From the sequence record MN871453.1: a stretch of 64,000 nt of DNA. One strand, 5' to 3'. The notes under the pieces were generated by a model. The model saw only the letters and a program-made list of their open reading frames with translations. It made no database searches and had not been told where the DNA came from. Positions within the stretch are counted from its first letter, which is position 1. Each line of letters opens with the position of its first letter. Position numbers and translations under genes: made by a program. Shown piece by piece: positions 27,500 to 37,183 of this stretch.

Positions 27500-27865
27500 C
27501 TATTTTGCATTTCGTTTAAACAAGAATATGATAAGCCCAGGGTCCAACTCTGAAGATCCCCGGTATTCATACTCCGGATCAATCTCTTTCAGTAACTCGC
27601 CGATACGTTGACGCAGAAGATTAATTTGGGTTGCCAAGACAAATCGATAATTGACTTCGCTGCCACCCCAAATAAAACGATTATTACTTTTAATCTGCAC
27701 GATCAACCTACCGTTGTCGAGGTCTACTACCACAGTATTATTTAATGAAGCAGAATCGACAACCGACCCATTCTGTTTACGGTCAAACAGTTTACGTAAA
27801 ATATCAAAAATGCGGTCGGATGTTTTTTGATATTCAATTGAACGTAATAAGGGCGAAGTCGTCAT
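27500..27865 (-). CDS. Hypothetical protein
   Basis: 121 aa. Confidence 0.6.
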   Translation of the reverse strand: MTTSPLLRSIEYQKTSDRIFDILRKLFDRKQNGSVVDSASLNNTVVVDLDNGRLIVQIKSNNRFIWGGSEVNYRFVLATQINLLRQRIGELLKEIDPEYEYRGSSELDPGLIIFLFKRNAK

Positions 27866-28206
27866 AGCGCAGCGCCCGCCGTGTTCTTACGCACAGTGAA
27901 AGAAATCACGGAAGGTTCAACAACGCTTTCCGTTTTATAGCCGTTTTCCGGTAAGAAGGCGACCAATAAATCTTTCAACGTTTCGACGTCTGCTGCGAGG
28001 GTAGTTGGATCATCCGTCCAATACGTTCCGTCAGGGTGAGTGATGTTGATACGCAACACATTTTCTGACACCTCGGCGCTGACTTCGTAATGACCTGCCC
28101 ATCCGTACATTTGGGTATTTTCATTATTTTCAGCGTAGGCTTTGTAGACCGCGCTGGCATCGGAAAACTCTCGTTTAAATTCTTCGATTAAATGTTTGGC
28201 GATCAT
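27862..28206 (-). CDS. Hypothetical protein
   Basis: Likely start MIAKH at 28206 (GGGGAG SD). Confidence 0.65.
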   Translation of the reverse strand: MIAKHLIEEFKREFSDASAVYKAYAENNENTQMYGWAGHYEVSAEVSENVLRINITHPDGTYWTDDPTTLAADVETLKDLLVAFLPENGYKTESVVEPSVISFTVRKNTAGAAL

Positions 28207-28790
28207 CGTGAACTCCCCATTGTTTTTTCTAACCAATCAAAGACGATCTGGTGAGAAAGGTCGTAGATGTTGATGCAAGGGATATCACGATCCCTTGCAA
28301 TTTTAAAGGCAGACCGAGTACCGCCTTTCGGAAGCCCTTCAGAGTCCTCTGGCGCACACGCGATCAAAAATGCTGACGGCGATTCAACGTCTTCGCCAAG
28401 AATCTGAAAGACGTTGCGAATATGGAAACGCTTTTGGCCGTCAGTTAAACGATCCCAGACCGGGTGAACGGTCGAGATAATAGCCTCTGCTTTCGCAATG
28501 CTTTCCGGGCTGTAGTCGTAACGATCGTAGCGATCAGAGACAAAGACGTTGTCACGCTCGAAGGTTTTCCACGGAAGAAAGATCTGTGGGTCACGAATAT
28601 AGTCCGCTGCTGAAAGCGAGTTCTCAAAACCAGATTGAAACGCTTGGTCGGCACCCGGTGCTTTCCCGGAGCGGATTGAGAACCCCTGTTCGCAAAGAAA
28701 GAATCCTAACTCTTTACAGAACGAAAAGTGTGCCTGTCCTAAGTCAGTGGATCCTATCGTTGTCACGTAAGCAAATTCGGTCTTTTCCAT
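28203..28790 (-). CDS. SLOG-superfamily (DprA/Smf-like) nucleotide-binding protein
   Basis: TTIGST, IRSGKAPGADQAF and KGGTRSA motifs; GGAGGG SD. Confidence 0.7.
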   Translation of the reverse strand: MEKTEFAYVTTIGSTDLGQAHFSFCKELGFFLCEQGFSIRSGKAPGADQAFQSGFENSLSAADYIRDPQIFLPWKTFERDNVFVSDRYDRYDYSPESIAKAEAIISTVHPVWDRLTDGQKRFHIRNVFQILGEDVESPSAFLIACAPEDSEGLPKGGTRSAFKIARDRDIPCINIYDLSHQIVFDWLEKTMGSSR

Positions 28791-28802
28791 ACTCCCTCCA
28801 AA

Positions 28803-28883
28803 TTATTCATCGTCGTCGTCATCGCTATCGTCGTTGCTTTGACCCAGTAAAACCAAAACCAATAAATCGAGTAAATCAGACAT
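28803..28883 (-). CDS. 26-aa hydrophobic/acidic micro-peptide
   Basis: Hand-translated MSDLLDLLVLVLLGQSNDDSDDDDDE; AAGGTG SD; first ORF after promoter P4. Confidence 0.55.
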   Translation of the reverse strand: MSDLLDLLVLVLLGQSNDDSDDDDDE

Positions 28884-28920
28884 TGTTTAATCACCTTATT
28901 TTTTGTTAATGATGTTAACT

Positions 28921-28953
28921 GCAATAGGGTGATATAGTTATCAAACTAATTGG
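28921..28953 (-). promoter_or_regulatory. Putative early promoter P4
   Basis: CCAATT-N11-TATATCAC-N4-TTGC. Confidence 0.65.
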
Positions 28954-29017
28954 AACGGTAGTGAAAAGAGAACGGTAATTTTCCTATGACAATAACCCCA
29001 TGAGAAAGGTAACGGTA

Positions 29018-31234
29018 ATGAGTGACTTCGGGAATAAGATCAGTGAATTAAACAGTTTGACTAGCGGGAATATGGCAGGAGAGTTACCGCTAAGTTTGAC
29101 GTTATCTAGCGGTACTTTGGCGACGAATAAGATCACGTTGAGTCAGGTTCGGGATCTTTTTGATTTTGACCATGCCTTTGAGACAGTGGAGGAAGGGATT
29201 GCTGCAACAGTAGAAAACCAACTCTTCTACGTTTATGTCGACAGTAACAAATTATCGGTTAATGAGTATATCAGAACAAATATTGGTGCGAACGCCGTCA
29301 TTGGTAATAGCGGGACTAAGAAAGTCATTTATATCCCCGAACTTTTGAAACATGTCAAAGTACAAGTGGATAGTTTTGCTGCACTGAGGGAGTTTAAACC
29401 ATGGTGGGAAGGTCAGGTAGTTTACTTGAAAGGGTACTATTCTGATGGGGTGACCGGCGGCGGGGATTTTGTCGGGCATTTAGGTACAAAGGTTGACGAC
29501 GGGGGTACTGTCGCGAGTGGTGCCGGATTTTACTGGGAACGCCAAGGGAAAAAGATTTTAGAGGTAGAATCTTTTGGTGCTGTAGGCGATGGTCAAACGG
29601 ATGACAGCGTCTCTTTACAGAGGGCACTAAACATAAAGAACATCGTTCTTATCTTTTCAAATAATTATCTCATTTCATCAACGCTTATTCCCGCCGAAAA
29701 TGTGAGAATAAAGGGAGCAGGTACAATCATTCACATCACTGATAACACCTTCAATTGGTCGGTTTCCAATCGAGCCAGCCCATATCCTGCGTTTTTAATC
29801 AGCAATAAAAATATCCTTTTTGAAGACGTAACAATTATGAGCACCTTCGAAGCTATTCAAAGTATGTCCGGTGGCGACAATTTGATTATTAAAAATGTTA
29901 CTGCCGGAGGGACGAGTGACAAACGCACGCTATCCTCTGTCTTTGTTTTCTTCAATACAAAAAACACGCAAGTTCTTAGCTGTAACTTGGGATATGCGGG
30001 TAAATTAGCAACATGGAATGGTACGGATATTGCAGCAGGTGGGTGTGACGGTATCGATTTTGGCGGATGTATCGGTATTAAAATTTTTGATACCATTTGT
30101 CATGATGTCGGAAGGAATGGAATTAACTGGTATGGTGCCTCCGAAGTCAAAATTAAAGATTGTAAACAATCCTACTGCGGTCAAAATGGCATTCAACCTG
30201 GTCCACACCCTTCGTACAGCAAAGCTGAAATTGTCAATAATCTTGCTGAATACTGTTGCGCAGATGCTATAGATTGCCGTTATACAGGAAGCGGAACTGT
30301 TGTAGTAAATCTCAAGTGCATAGGATGTAGCTCTAACTGGATAGGAATGCTTTACGGTGATGTTAATTATATCAGTAATGACGGTACCGGAATTGTTACT
30401 CTTGCGCGAGTAAGTAATGTGACTGTGAGTGATTGTATTTCAGAAAACTCCAGTGGGGTTATTTTGTGGTTTGAAGGCGTAAGTAATGGGACATTCACGA
30501 ATATCACGGGCATCTCTACTTATACGCGTTATGGCGTAGGATTCTTTACCGATTGTAACACAATCTCCATGAGTAATGTTAACATCAAGGTTAAGGGTTC
30601 TGCACTGTGGTTTGGTGGAAGTACAACAATGACGGACCTTATGATAGGCGGTCAATGTCATTTTGAGAGTTACGATAGTTACTCTCTTTTAATTCCGAAT
30701 ATTACTTTGGTGAGATTTAAATTAAGTGATTGTACTTTCATTGGGTATAATGTTGCGAATATAATTTTTCATACCACTCGATGTGAATTTGTGACCAAAT
30801 CAACAAATACCAGCGCAGTTTATCTTGGTGTGGCAAATACAAAACACGAACAGTTAAAATGTAGTGGCAGTACCTCGGCACCACTAGTTAATGTAGGTGT
30901 AGGTTCAGGTGTAATGATCAATCAGTCCGAATTTATTAACTCGGGTACAGGTGCCGCATTAACAGTTGTTGGGAGTTATCTTTTTATCCTCACTTCGTGT
31001 ATTGTTTATAATACTGGTAGCGGGAAAGGAAATGCTATTGAAATCACAGGTGGTCAGAATAATTCCTCTTTTTCTTTTTGTGATTTTTATAGCGCAAGTG
31101 GTTACTGGGTCAATTCTACTGCTGCTTCTCATACTCGGTTAAATACGAATGGAAACCGAGAGAACGGCGGTTTAGGTGCTTTCTGGACAAGTATCGCTAA
31201 TGTCTTTGATATTAAAGGTGTTCAAAGGACATAA
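29018..31234 (+). CDS. Tailspike / depolymerase with a pectate-lyase-like beta-helix
   Basis: KISELN N-terminus; GGGDF...DDGG...W linker; SFGAVGDGQTDD beta-helix entry; AT-rich body; TATG at 28985. Confidence 0.85.
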   Translation: MSDFGNKISELNSLTSGNMAGELPLSLTLSSGTLATNKITLSQVRDLFDFDHAFETVEEGIAATVENQLFYVYVDSNKLSVNEYIRTNIGANAVIGNSGTKKVIYIPELLKHVKVQVDSFAALREFKPWWEGQVVYLKGYYSDGVTGGGDFVGHLGTKVDDGGTVASGAGFYWERQGKKILEVESFGAVGDGQTDDSVSLQRALNIKNIVLIFSNNYLISSTLIPAENVRIKGAGTIIHITDNTFNWSVSNRASPYPAFLISNKNILFEDVTIMSTFEAIQSMSGGDNLIIKNVTAGGTSDKRTLSSVFVFFNTKNTQVLSCNLGYAGKLATWNGTDIAAGGCDGIDFGGCIGIKIFDTICHDVGRNGINWYGASEVKIKDCKQSYCGQNGIQPGPHPSYSKAEIVNNLAEYCCADAIDCRYTGSGTVVVNLKCIGCSSNWIGMLYGDVNYISNDGTGIVTLARVSNVTVSDCISENSSGVILWFEGVSNGTFTNITGISTYTRYGVGFFTDCNTISMSNVNIKVKGSALWFGGSTTMTDLMIGGQCHFESYDSYSLLIPNITLVRFKLSDCTFIGYNVANIIFHTTRCEFVTKSTNTSAVYLGVANTKHEQLKCSGSTSAPLVNVGVGSGVMINQSEFINSGTGAALTVVGSYLFILTSCIVYNTGSGKGNAIEITGGQNNSSFSFCDFYSASGYWVNSTAASHTRLNTNGNRENGGLGAFWTSIANVFDIKGVQRT

Positions 31235-31236
31235 AG

Positions 31237-31266
31237 AAAAGAGAGGGTCAAAAGACCCTCTCTTTT
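31237..31266. terminator. Bidirectional terminator
   Basis: AAAAGAGAGGGTC-AAAA-GACCCTCTCTTTT. Confidence 0.85.
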
Positions 31267-31526
31267 TATTTTCTCTTCAACATCACCGTCACCAGACCCA
31301 ACACCGGATCCATTGAATCTGTTCTCACCACCTCGTGGCGCGGTAGCTCTAATATCAGTTGTGTAATACGATGCTTCTCTGCGTCCGATAATGCACTAAG
31401 GTCTAATGAGTGAAAGTCTTCCACCAAACGAAGTTCATCGTCATTATACGGAAAATTCCATTCTTTCATATCACTCAATTTATTACCTGGAACGTAGGTC
31501 ACATTGACACGAATAAATTTATTCAT
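31266..31526 (-). CDS. Hypothetical protein
   Basis: 86 aa. Confidence 0.6.
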   Translation of the reverse strand: MNKFIRVNVTYVPGNKLSDMKEWNFPYNDDELRLVEDFHSLDLSALSDAEKHRITQLILELPRHEVVRTDSMDPVLGLVTVMLKRK

Positions 31527-32038
31527 TACCAGGTTACCTCTTTAAACTCAGAGAAGAATTCACGTTCCGGTATTGTTTTTGTTTCCCTTTCAATAGAAAC
31601 AAAACTCCCAACGATAGACCATTCCACAGGGAAGTTGTTAGTCATTACTCGATTAAACCCTTGAAAAAGACGACCTTCTTTAATCGAGTAATAATACGCT
31701 TTGGGGTCCAAATCTTTTGTTTCTTTCAACCGTAAGTTTTTTTCTGGGCTATAGGTTAATTGGTACAAATCATCCGGTATAGCCTTTACTTTCTTCTCCA
31801 CCAAAGAAAACAAATAATGCAACTTACAACCCCCGTCGAAATCTCCGCTGCGTAAGTATAAGAAAATATCTCCAAGTGTATTGTCCTTGATAAAAGTAGC
31901 AGGGGTATTGTTTTTACTTTTAAACATACGCCAGGTTCCTTTAATAAAATGGTGGGTGGTTTTACCACCCACCATAGATTTATTCTGCGTAGATCGCCAA
32001 CGCAGTTTGACAGATAGGGGAACGCACACAATCGTCAT
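31526..32038 (-). CDS. Hypothetical protein (start uncertain)
   Basis: 170 aa ORF. Confidence 0.55.
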   Translation of the reverse strand: MTIVCVPLSVKLRWRSTQNKSMVGGKTTHHFIKGTWRMFKSKNNTPATFIKDNTLGDIFLYLRSGDFDGGCKLHYLFSLVEKKVKAIPDDLYQLTYSPEKNLRLKETKDLDPKAYYYSIKEGRLFQGFNRVMTNNFPVEWSIVGSFVSIERETKTIPEREFFSEFKEVTW

Positions 32039-32792
32039 CGGTAAAGTTAATCACCGGGATATCTAACTGTTTACGCTCTATCCGTTCAAGTAGGTCTGCT
32101 AACCCCGACTTGACGCCTTTAGGAAGATCGCACTGCTTTAAGTCGCCATTAATGATGACTGTGGAATTGTCACCAACACGGGTCAGGAAGAGACGCATCT
32201 GGTTGACAGTAACGTTCTGGGCTTCGTCAAGAATAATCACTGCATCGTCAAAGGTTCGTCCACGCATAAAACTGAATGGTGCAACTTCGATCTTCTCGAT
32301 CTCAGGACGAAGACAATACTGAAGGAAGCTTGGCCCCATCCGACGACGGAGAATATCATAGACCGGACGGAAGTAGGGCAGGAACTTCTCGTATTGCGTT
32401 CCCGGAAGGAAACCCATCTCTTCTTCCGCTGTCAACATCGGCCGGGTCACGACAATTTTTTCAACGCTTTTCTCGCTGAGCTGATCGACCGCATAGACTG
32501 TGGCCAAAAGCGTTTTACCCGACCCTGCAGATCCTGTAGCGACGATCAAATCCCGACTCTGTAATGCATCCATATAGAGACCCTGATTGACGTTACGGGC
32601 TTCTATCGGGCTACGATCACGCTTTTCTTTCTCCATCCCAATATGAGTAACAGGGAAGCTGTTCCCTCTGTTATCAAACTGAAAAAGTTCCGCTGTTTCT
32701 TCATTCGATAGCGAGCGTTGCTGATTGAGTTTACGGCGAGACTCACGACGAACTTCGCGATCCAATTTAGCGTTACTCTTTTGACGTCCCAT
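31980..32792 (-). CDS. phoH: PhoH-family ATPase
   Basis: GSAGSGKT, VTRP, GFLPG, FMRGRTF, ILDEAQN, LTRVG, GDLKQCD. Confidence 0.95.
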   Translation of the reverse strand: MGRQKSNAKLDREVRRESRRKLNQQRSLSNEETAELFQFDNRGNSFPVTHIGMEKEKRDRSPIEARNVNQGLYMDALQSRDLIVATGSAGSGKTLLATVYAVDQLSEKSVEKIVVTRPMLTAEEEMGFLPGTQYEKFLPYFRPVYDILRRRMGPSFLQYCLRPEIEKIEVAPFSFMRGRTFDDAVIILDEAQNVTVNQMRLFLTRVGDNSTVIINGDLKQCDLPKGVKSGLADLLERIERKQLDIPVINFTDDDCVRSPICQTALAIYAE

Positions 32793-32897
32793 CGATACCA
32801 CCTTAGCAGAGTTTAAAGAGGCTCACCGGATAGTGAGCTTTTTCTTGGTATGCAAAATAAACCACAGTTGTACGTTCATAAAAAGTCAACGGAATCT

Positions 32898-33239
32898 TTA
32901 TTTTCGAATGAGGGGTTTAAATCCCCAACTGAACCCAGAGAAAATTCGTAACCATAAAGGTGCCTTTGGCTTATAGCGATAAAATACCTTGATCCCCGAT
33001 AACCAGCCGTAATAACGGACGGTTTTAAACCAATTACCTTTTACCTCAGCGAAAATACTCTGTAGCCAGTAATCGATGGTTTCACGATAAGGTTCAAGTT
33101 CAGGGTCATTATCGATCAGTCGATTGAGGAAATCAGTATAAAGGATATTGGGGTCATAGTGTTCCAGTTTGTATTGCTTGTTGAGGACGAGACGGTCCTT
33201 ATCCTCGATCAAGATTTCAAGAACGTGTTGTTTCTCCAT
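32898..33239 (-). CDS. Hypothetical protein
   Basis: 113 aa. Confidence 0.6.
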   Translation of the reverse strand: MEKQHVLEILIEDKDRLVLNKQYKLEHYDPNILYTDFLNRLIDNDPELEPYRETIDYWLQSIFAEVKGNWFKTVRYYGWLSGIKVFYRYKPKAPLWLRIFSGFSWGFKPLIRK

Positions 33240-33285
33240 CGTTTAAAACCCTCGAGGCAAAAAAAAGAAATTACATAGAGATGGT

Positions 33286-33311
33286 CTGAAGGAGGCGTTT
33301 GCCTCCTTCAG
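33286..33311. terminator. Terminator hairpin
   Basis: CTGAAGGAGGC-GTTT-GCCTCCTTCAG. Confidence 0.7.
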
Positions 33312-33319
33312 TAGATGTT

Positions 33320-33658
33320 TTATCTTACCGTTTTAATTTGGGTATACGGGACTTCCATTGTAGAAACGTATTTACCCATACGGTTGTAGAATAAGCCTAA
33401 TACCGCCACCTGCTCGTTGTCATGGTTTTCTAAGACCAACTGGTAGTCATCGCTGTTACAACTCCATTTATATTGACTACCTTGCTGGCCCATATACTGG
33501 CAGCCTATGTTAGTCCCGCCAAAAACACCGAAAGCTCTGTCGCCAGATACCGTTACACGATTATGACCGCTACGAAAAGTTTCAGTCACCGCCTGTGCAG
33601 AGAAGGTAGTGAAAACGGCTAAGAAAACTGCCGAACAAATGAGAAAAAACTTTTTCAT
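33320..33658 (-). CDS. Exported protein (signal peptide, two Cys in the mature chain)
   Basis: MKKFFLICSAVFLAVFTTFSAQA. Confidence 0.7.
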   Translation of the reverse strand: MKKFFLICSAVFLAVFTTFSAQAVTETFRSGHNRVTVSGDRAFGVFGGTNIGCQYMGQQGSQYKWSCNSDDYQLVLENHDNEQVAVLGLFYNRMGKYVSTMEVPYTQIKTVR

Positions 33659-33671
33659 GTTGAGCACCTTT

Positions 33672-34028
33672 TTAAGAACTGGAGAGAGAACGGAATTGAT
33701 TTTTGTTTACCAGCTTTTCAATGACCACTTTTTCACGTTTACCGTCGTAAATACGTAAAAGGAATAAATTGGTTTTGTTATAGCTTTTCAGTGCGAAGTA
33801 AAAACGATCCCCGCAAACGTAAGTGTCGGCGGAGTAAACAAAACCATCGTTATCGACCTGGTCATTGACGATTTCTGGATCGGTGCAGATGTACTTCTTG
33901 CCGTTCGCAAAGATGACCGCGCGGTTATCAGTGATCGTCCATTTAGAGTTTTGATCCTCGAACATAATCGCTGTTGCATTAGCGAAGAAAGGGAAAACCA
34001 ACGTTAAAATAAGAATGATCTTTTTCAT
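33672..34028 (-). CDS. Exported protein (signal peptide, two Cys); possible paralogue of 33320
   Basis: MKKIILILTLVFPFFANA; WTITDNRA aligns with VTVSGDRA. Confidence 0.7.
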   Translation of the reverse strand: MKKIILILTLVFPFFANATAIMFEDQNSKWTITDNRAVIFANGKKYICTDPEIVNDQVDNDGFVYSADTYVCGDRFYFALKSYNKTNLFLLRIYDGKREKVVIEKLVNKNQFRSLSSS

Positions 34029-34042
34029 GTTTATAACACCAA

Positions 34043-34342
34043 TTAATGGAAAGAATTAGAGAGCCAGAAACGACATTCGTCTTGCTGCGTTGCTTCTAGC
34101 TTGGTTTTCATCTCAGTGAAACATTTGATGTCGTCACGATGTTTACTGGCGATTTCAGGATCAAGAACTTCTGCCAGTTCCGCCAGAAAAGTTAAACTCT
34201 GAATCGTACGATCAAGGAGTTCAATGGCGCGACTCGTTAACAGAGGACGTTCAATGAGGTCATGTTCGTCTTTAATCGAAAAGAGCGACTGGAAGACCGT
34301 TGAGAGTTCGTTGATTGTAGCGTCGTTATCAGCAAATGACAT
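34043..34342 (-). CDS. Hypothetical protein
   Basis: Likely start MSFAD (AGGAG SD). Confidence 0.6.
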   Translation of the reverse strand: MSFADNDATINELSTVFQSLFSIKDEHDLIERPLLTSRAIELLDRTIQSLTFLAELAEVLDPEIASKHRDDIKCFTEMKTKLEATQQDECRFWLSNSFH

Positions 34343-34406
34343 ATTGATTCTCCTTTTATTAAAAAACAAAATAAGAAGAGGGGTTACCACCCCTCCTCCG
34401 GCTGTA

Positions 34407-34874
34407 TTATTTCTTTAAAATGTCACTACCGTTAAAGTAGAGTCTCAGTCCAGCGAGACCGAGTTTCTCTACGGCTTCATCGACGCCTGTCGCCAGCTTT
34501 TCAATAACCGTATGTTCCCTACCGCGTAAGAACATAGGTTCGAAGTCATCACTGAAGACACCGTCCAGATGAATCAACATCCAAATCTCACCGGTCTCTT
34601 TCATACAGACTTCCGACTTACCCAGGTCATTGATGCGCTCAAGACCCAGATCACGTAATATCAGGATAGCTGAACCGCATTCATCGCCGAGGATCCAGTT
34701 GTCTTCATCGAAATTTTCTAACTCTTCAAGCAGAACTCCGGCATGATGAAGGACGATATCGTTAACGGCATTGACCATTGCCGCTGCGGCGTCACGGAAT
34801 TTCTGTTCGCGTTCTTCACGGCTGTATTTCAGATTAGCAAAAACGCTTAAAGCAGTAGATTTTAAAAATGACAT
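34407..34874 (-). CDS. Hypothetical protein
   Basis: Likely start MSFLKST at 34874 (GAGGA SD); the track's N-terminal extension crosses a terminator. Confidence 0.65.
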   Translation of the reverse strand: MSFLKSTALSVFANLKYSREEREQKFRDAAAAMVNAVNDIVLHHAGVLLEELENFDEDNWILGDECGSAILILRDLGLERINDLGKSEVCMKETGEIWMLIHLDGVFSDDFEPMFLRGREHTVIEKLATGVDEAVEKLGLAGLRLYFNGSDILKK

Positions 34875-34941
34875 TTGACTTTCCTCTATAGGTTTAGTTG
34901 TATAAATGGCAGGGGAACTCCCCTGCCAGGTAAGTGTTTGA

Positions 34942-35574
34942 TTAGTTAAAGAACGGCGCCATGTTCGCACTGAATTTAATATCTTCAGCGTGTTTGAATT
35001 TGATCGTTGTAACAGTGATCGGTTCGTAGTCGGCCATGTTAACAATCGACAACGTTTTATCGAGGTAGATAACGTTGTCACGGATGATCATGTGGTAATG
35101 CTCACGTTCCCCGCTTTGTACTTTAGCCACTTCGTCAATGAAGATATCCGTTTCCGGATTAAAACTGAAGTCGCTCGGCATAACTTTCACAGGGTTCTGT
35201 TCGCGATAACGCTTAACATTAACGATAACTTCTTCTACCCCGTAGACGATAGAAAGAATATCCGTCTCTTCTTCGAAGTCTGCGAGTTCATCAGGAGTAA
35301 GAATCGTGCTGTCGAGGTATTCGCGTTTGTACGGCCAGTTGGCCAGGAATTCTGGCTCGTCGCACATCGTGGAAAACGCCTCTCCATTTTCGCAGTACAT
35401 CCAAAAACGGTCGCCCGTACTCATACGAGTCTCCACGATTAAATCTGCCGTTTCCGGGATAGAATTTTCAAAATCGAAGCGCGGAGTGAACGTAGCGAAA
35501 TTCTCGGACAGGGTGTCTGGTGTTAAATCGAAGTTAGCGTCTTTAGCGAAAACAGTAATAGTGAAAGTGGTCAT
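34942..35574 (-). CDS. Acidic hypothetical protein
   Basis: 210 aa, first gene after P5, AAGGA SD. Confidence 0.7.
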   Translation of the reverse strand: MTTFTITVFAKDANFDLTPDTLSENFATFTPRFDFENSIPETADLIVETRMSTGDRFWMYCENGEAFSTMCDEPEFLANWPYKREYLDSTILTPDELADFEEETDILSIVYGVEEVIVNVKRYREQNPVKVMPSDFSFNPETDIFIDEVAKVQSGEREHYHMIIRDNVIYLDKTLSIVNMADYEPITVTTIKFKHAEDIKFSANMAPFFN

Positions 35575-35632
35575 GATATATTCCTTATTAGTTTAGTTAA
35601 AAGTATGATAAAAGGGTTATTCTTTTCTTTTA

Positions 35633-35665
35633 TCACTCGGGCAATATATACATGAAAAAAATTGG
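35633..35665 (-). promoter_or_regulatory. Putative early promoter P5
   Basis: CCAATT-N11-TATATTGC-N4-GTGA. Confidence 0.75.
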
Positions 35666-35714
35666 AGATTAATCTTATGACTTTTTCACTGAACATAACC
35701 AGGTTGAATACTCT

Positions 35715-37172
35715 ATGGACGTAATCATTGATGGTAAACGTTATATACCAGAAGAACAAGCAGAGAAGAAAATTGGGATAGCGATCTCCACCCGTAACCG
35801 ACACGACGTCCTTAAACGAACGTTAGAGCAACACGAAAAGTTTCTACCACCTAATGCCGTGGTTTACATTGTCGACGATGGGTCTGATACCCCAGTTAAA
35901 GGTCCTGAATGGGCTCAGGTGCACCGTCACGAGAAAAGCGAAGGGATTGTTGCGGTAAAGAATACTTCGCTTCAGCTTTTGATTGACGCCGGCTGTGAGC
36001 ATCTTTACCTCTGGGACGACGACGCCTTCCCTATCGCAGAGAATTGGTGGGTGCCGTATATGGAATCCCCTGAACCGCATCTGGGTTATCAATTTAAAGA
36101 CCTCGCCGGTAAAAGGAAAATCAACGATACTATCGAGGTCTTCAATGACGGTAAACACTTCGCGCTTTCGGGTCAGCGTGGTGTAATGTTGTACTACCAT
36201 AAATCCGCAATTGATAAAGTCGGTGGTTTTGATCCTATTTACCAACGCGGGATGTATGAACACGTTGACTTAGCATTAAGAATTCACAATGCGGGGTTAA
36301 CAACATTTCCTTTCGGCGACGTCGTTGGCAGTAACAAACTCATTTATTCACTCGATGAACATGAAGAAGTGACGCGTTCAGTCCCGCCAGCTGATCGCCA
36401 GCAACAGGTCGAACGTAACGTCAAGATTTATAGCGCCAGGCGGAGAGCGCGTTATACTGGTTTCGCTCCGTACCGTAAACCACGTCGGGTGGTAATGACT
36501 TGTCTTCTCACTGGTTGTGTAGACCCGCAGCGTAATCAGCACATGCAGGCGACCCCCGCTTTATTACAAGCGTGGGCGAACAGTATCAAGGGCGCAGAGA
36601 AAATTGTCTTTGCTGATCAACTCTCAGCGATGACAGGTGTGAATCTGATTAAGGTTCCCGAAGTCAGCAATCTTTCCCCTTACTTCTTACGCTGGCTGCA
36701 CATCTACCAATACCTCCGCGATAACCCGGATATTGAACAGGTCTGGTGCACAGACGGAACTGACGTTATCATGTTGAGAGAACCATGGGAAAGCATGGAA
36801 CCCGGTAAACTGTATGTCGGTAATGAACACACCACTTACAGCAACCCGTGGTTTGATAAAGTCAATCACCAGAAATACCTGAAAAAGTTTATTCAGGAAA
36901 ATAAAGATCAACAGGTTGTCAACGCTGGGATTATTGGTGGTTCACGTGAAGACGTCATGAAAGTGGCACACGGGATGATCGCGCAAGTCTGGAAAATGAA
37001 ATCAGAAATTTTCTGGCGAGAAGAAACCGGTCCTGAATCAGCGACAGATATGGTAATGTTCGGGATCGAAGTCTTCAAATTTGGTGAGAACCTGGTACAC
37101 GGTCCGATCGTCAACACCGTCTTCAAAGGAAACGGTCACGGCAATGACATCGCTTTCTGGCAGCACAAGTAG
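35715..37172 (+). CDS. Two-domain glycosyltransferase (GT2-like plus a second GT-A domain)
   Basis: IGIAISTRNR...IVDDGS...LWDDDA...GGFDPIY..GMYEHVDL; second domain VWCTDGTDV...NAGIIGG; TATG at 35676. Confidence 0.85.
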   Translation: MDVIIDGKRYIPEEQAEKKIGIAISTRNRHDVLKRTLEQHEKFLPPNAVVYIVDDGSDTPVKGPEWAQVHRHEKSEGIVAVKNTSLQLLIDAGCEHLYLWDDDAFPIAENWWVPYMESPEPHLGYQFKDLAGKRKINDTIEVFNDGKHFALSGQRGVMLYYHKSAIDKVGGFDPIYQRGMYEHVDLALRIHNAGLTTFPFGDVVGSNKLIYSLDEHEEVTRSVPPADRQQQVERNVKIYSARRRARYTGFAPYRKPRRVVMTCLLTGCVDPQRNQHMQATPALLQAWANSIKGAEKIVFADQLSAMTGVNLIKVPEVSNLSPYFLRWLHIYQYLRDNPDIEQVWCTDGTDVIMLREPWESMEPGKLYVGNEHTTYSNPWFDKVNHQKYLKKFIQENKDQQVVNAGIIGGSREDVMKVAHGMIAQVWKMKSEIFWREETGPESATDMVMFGIEVFKFGENLVHGPIVNTVFKGNGHGNDIAFWQHK

Positions 37173-37183
37173 AGGTAACTAAT

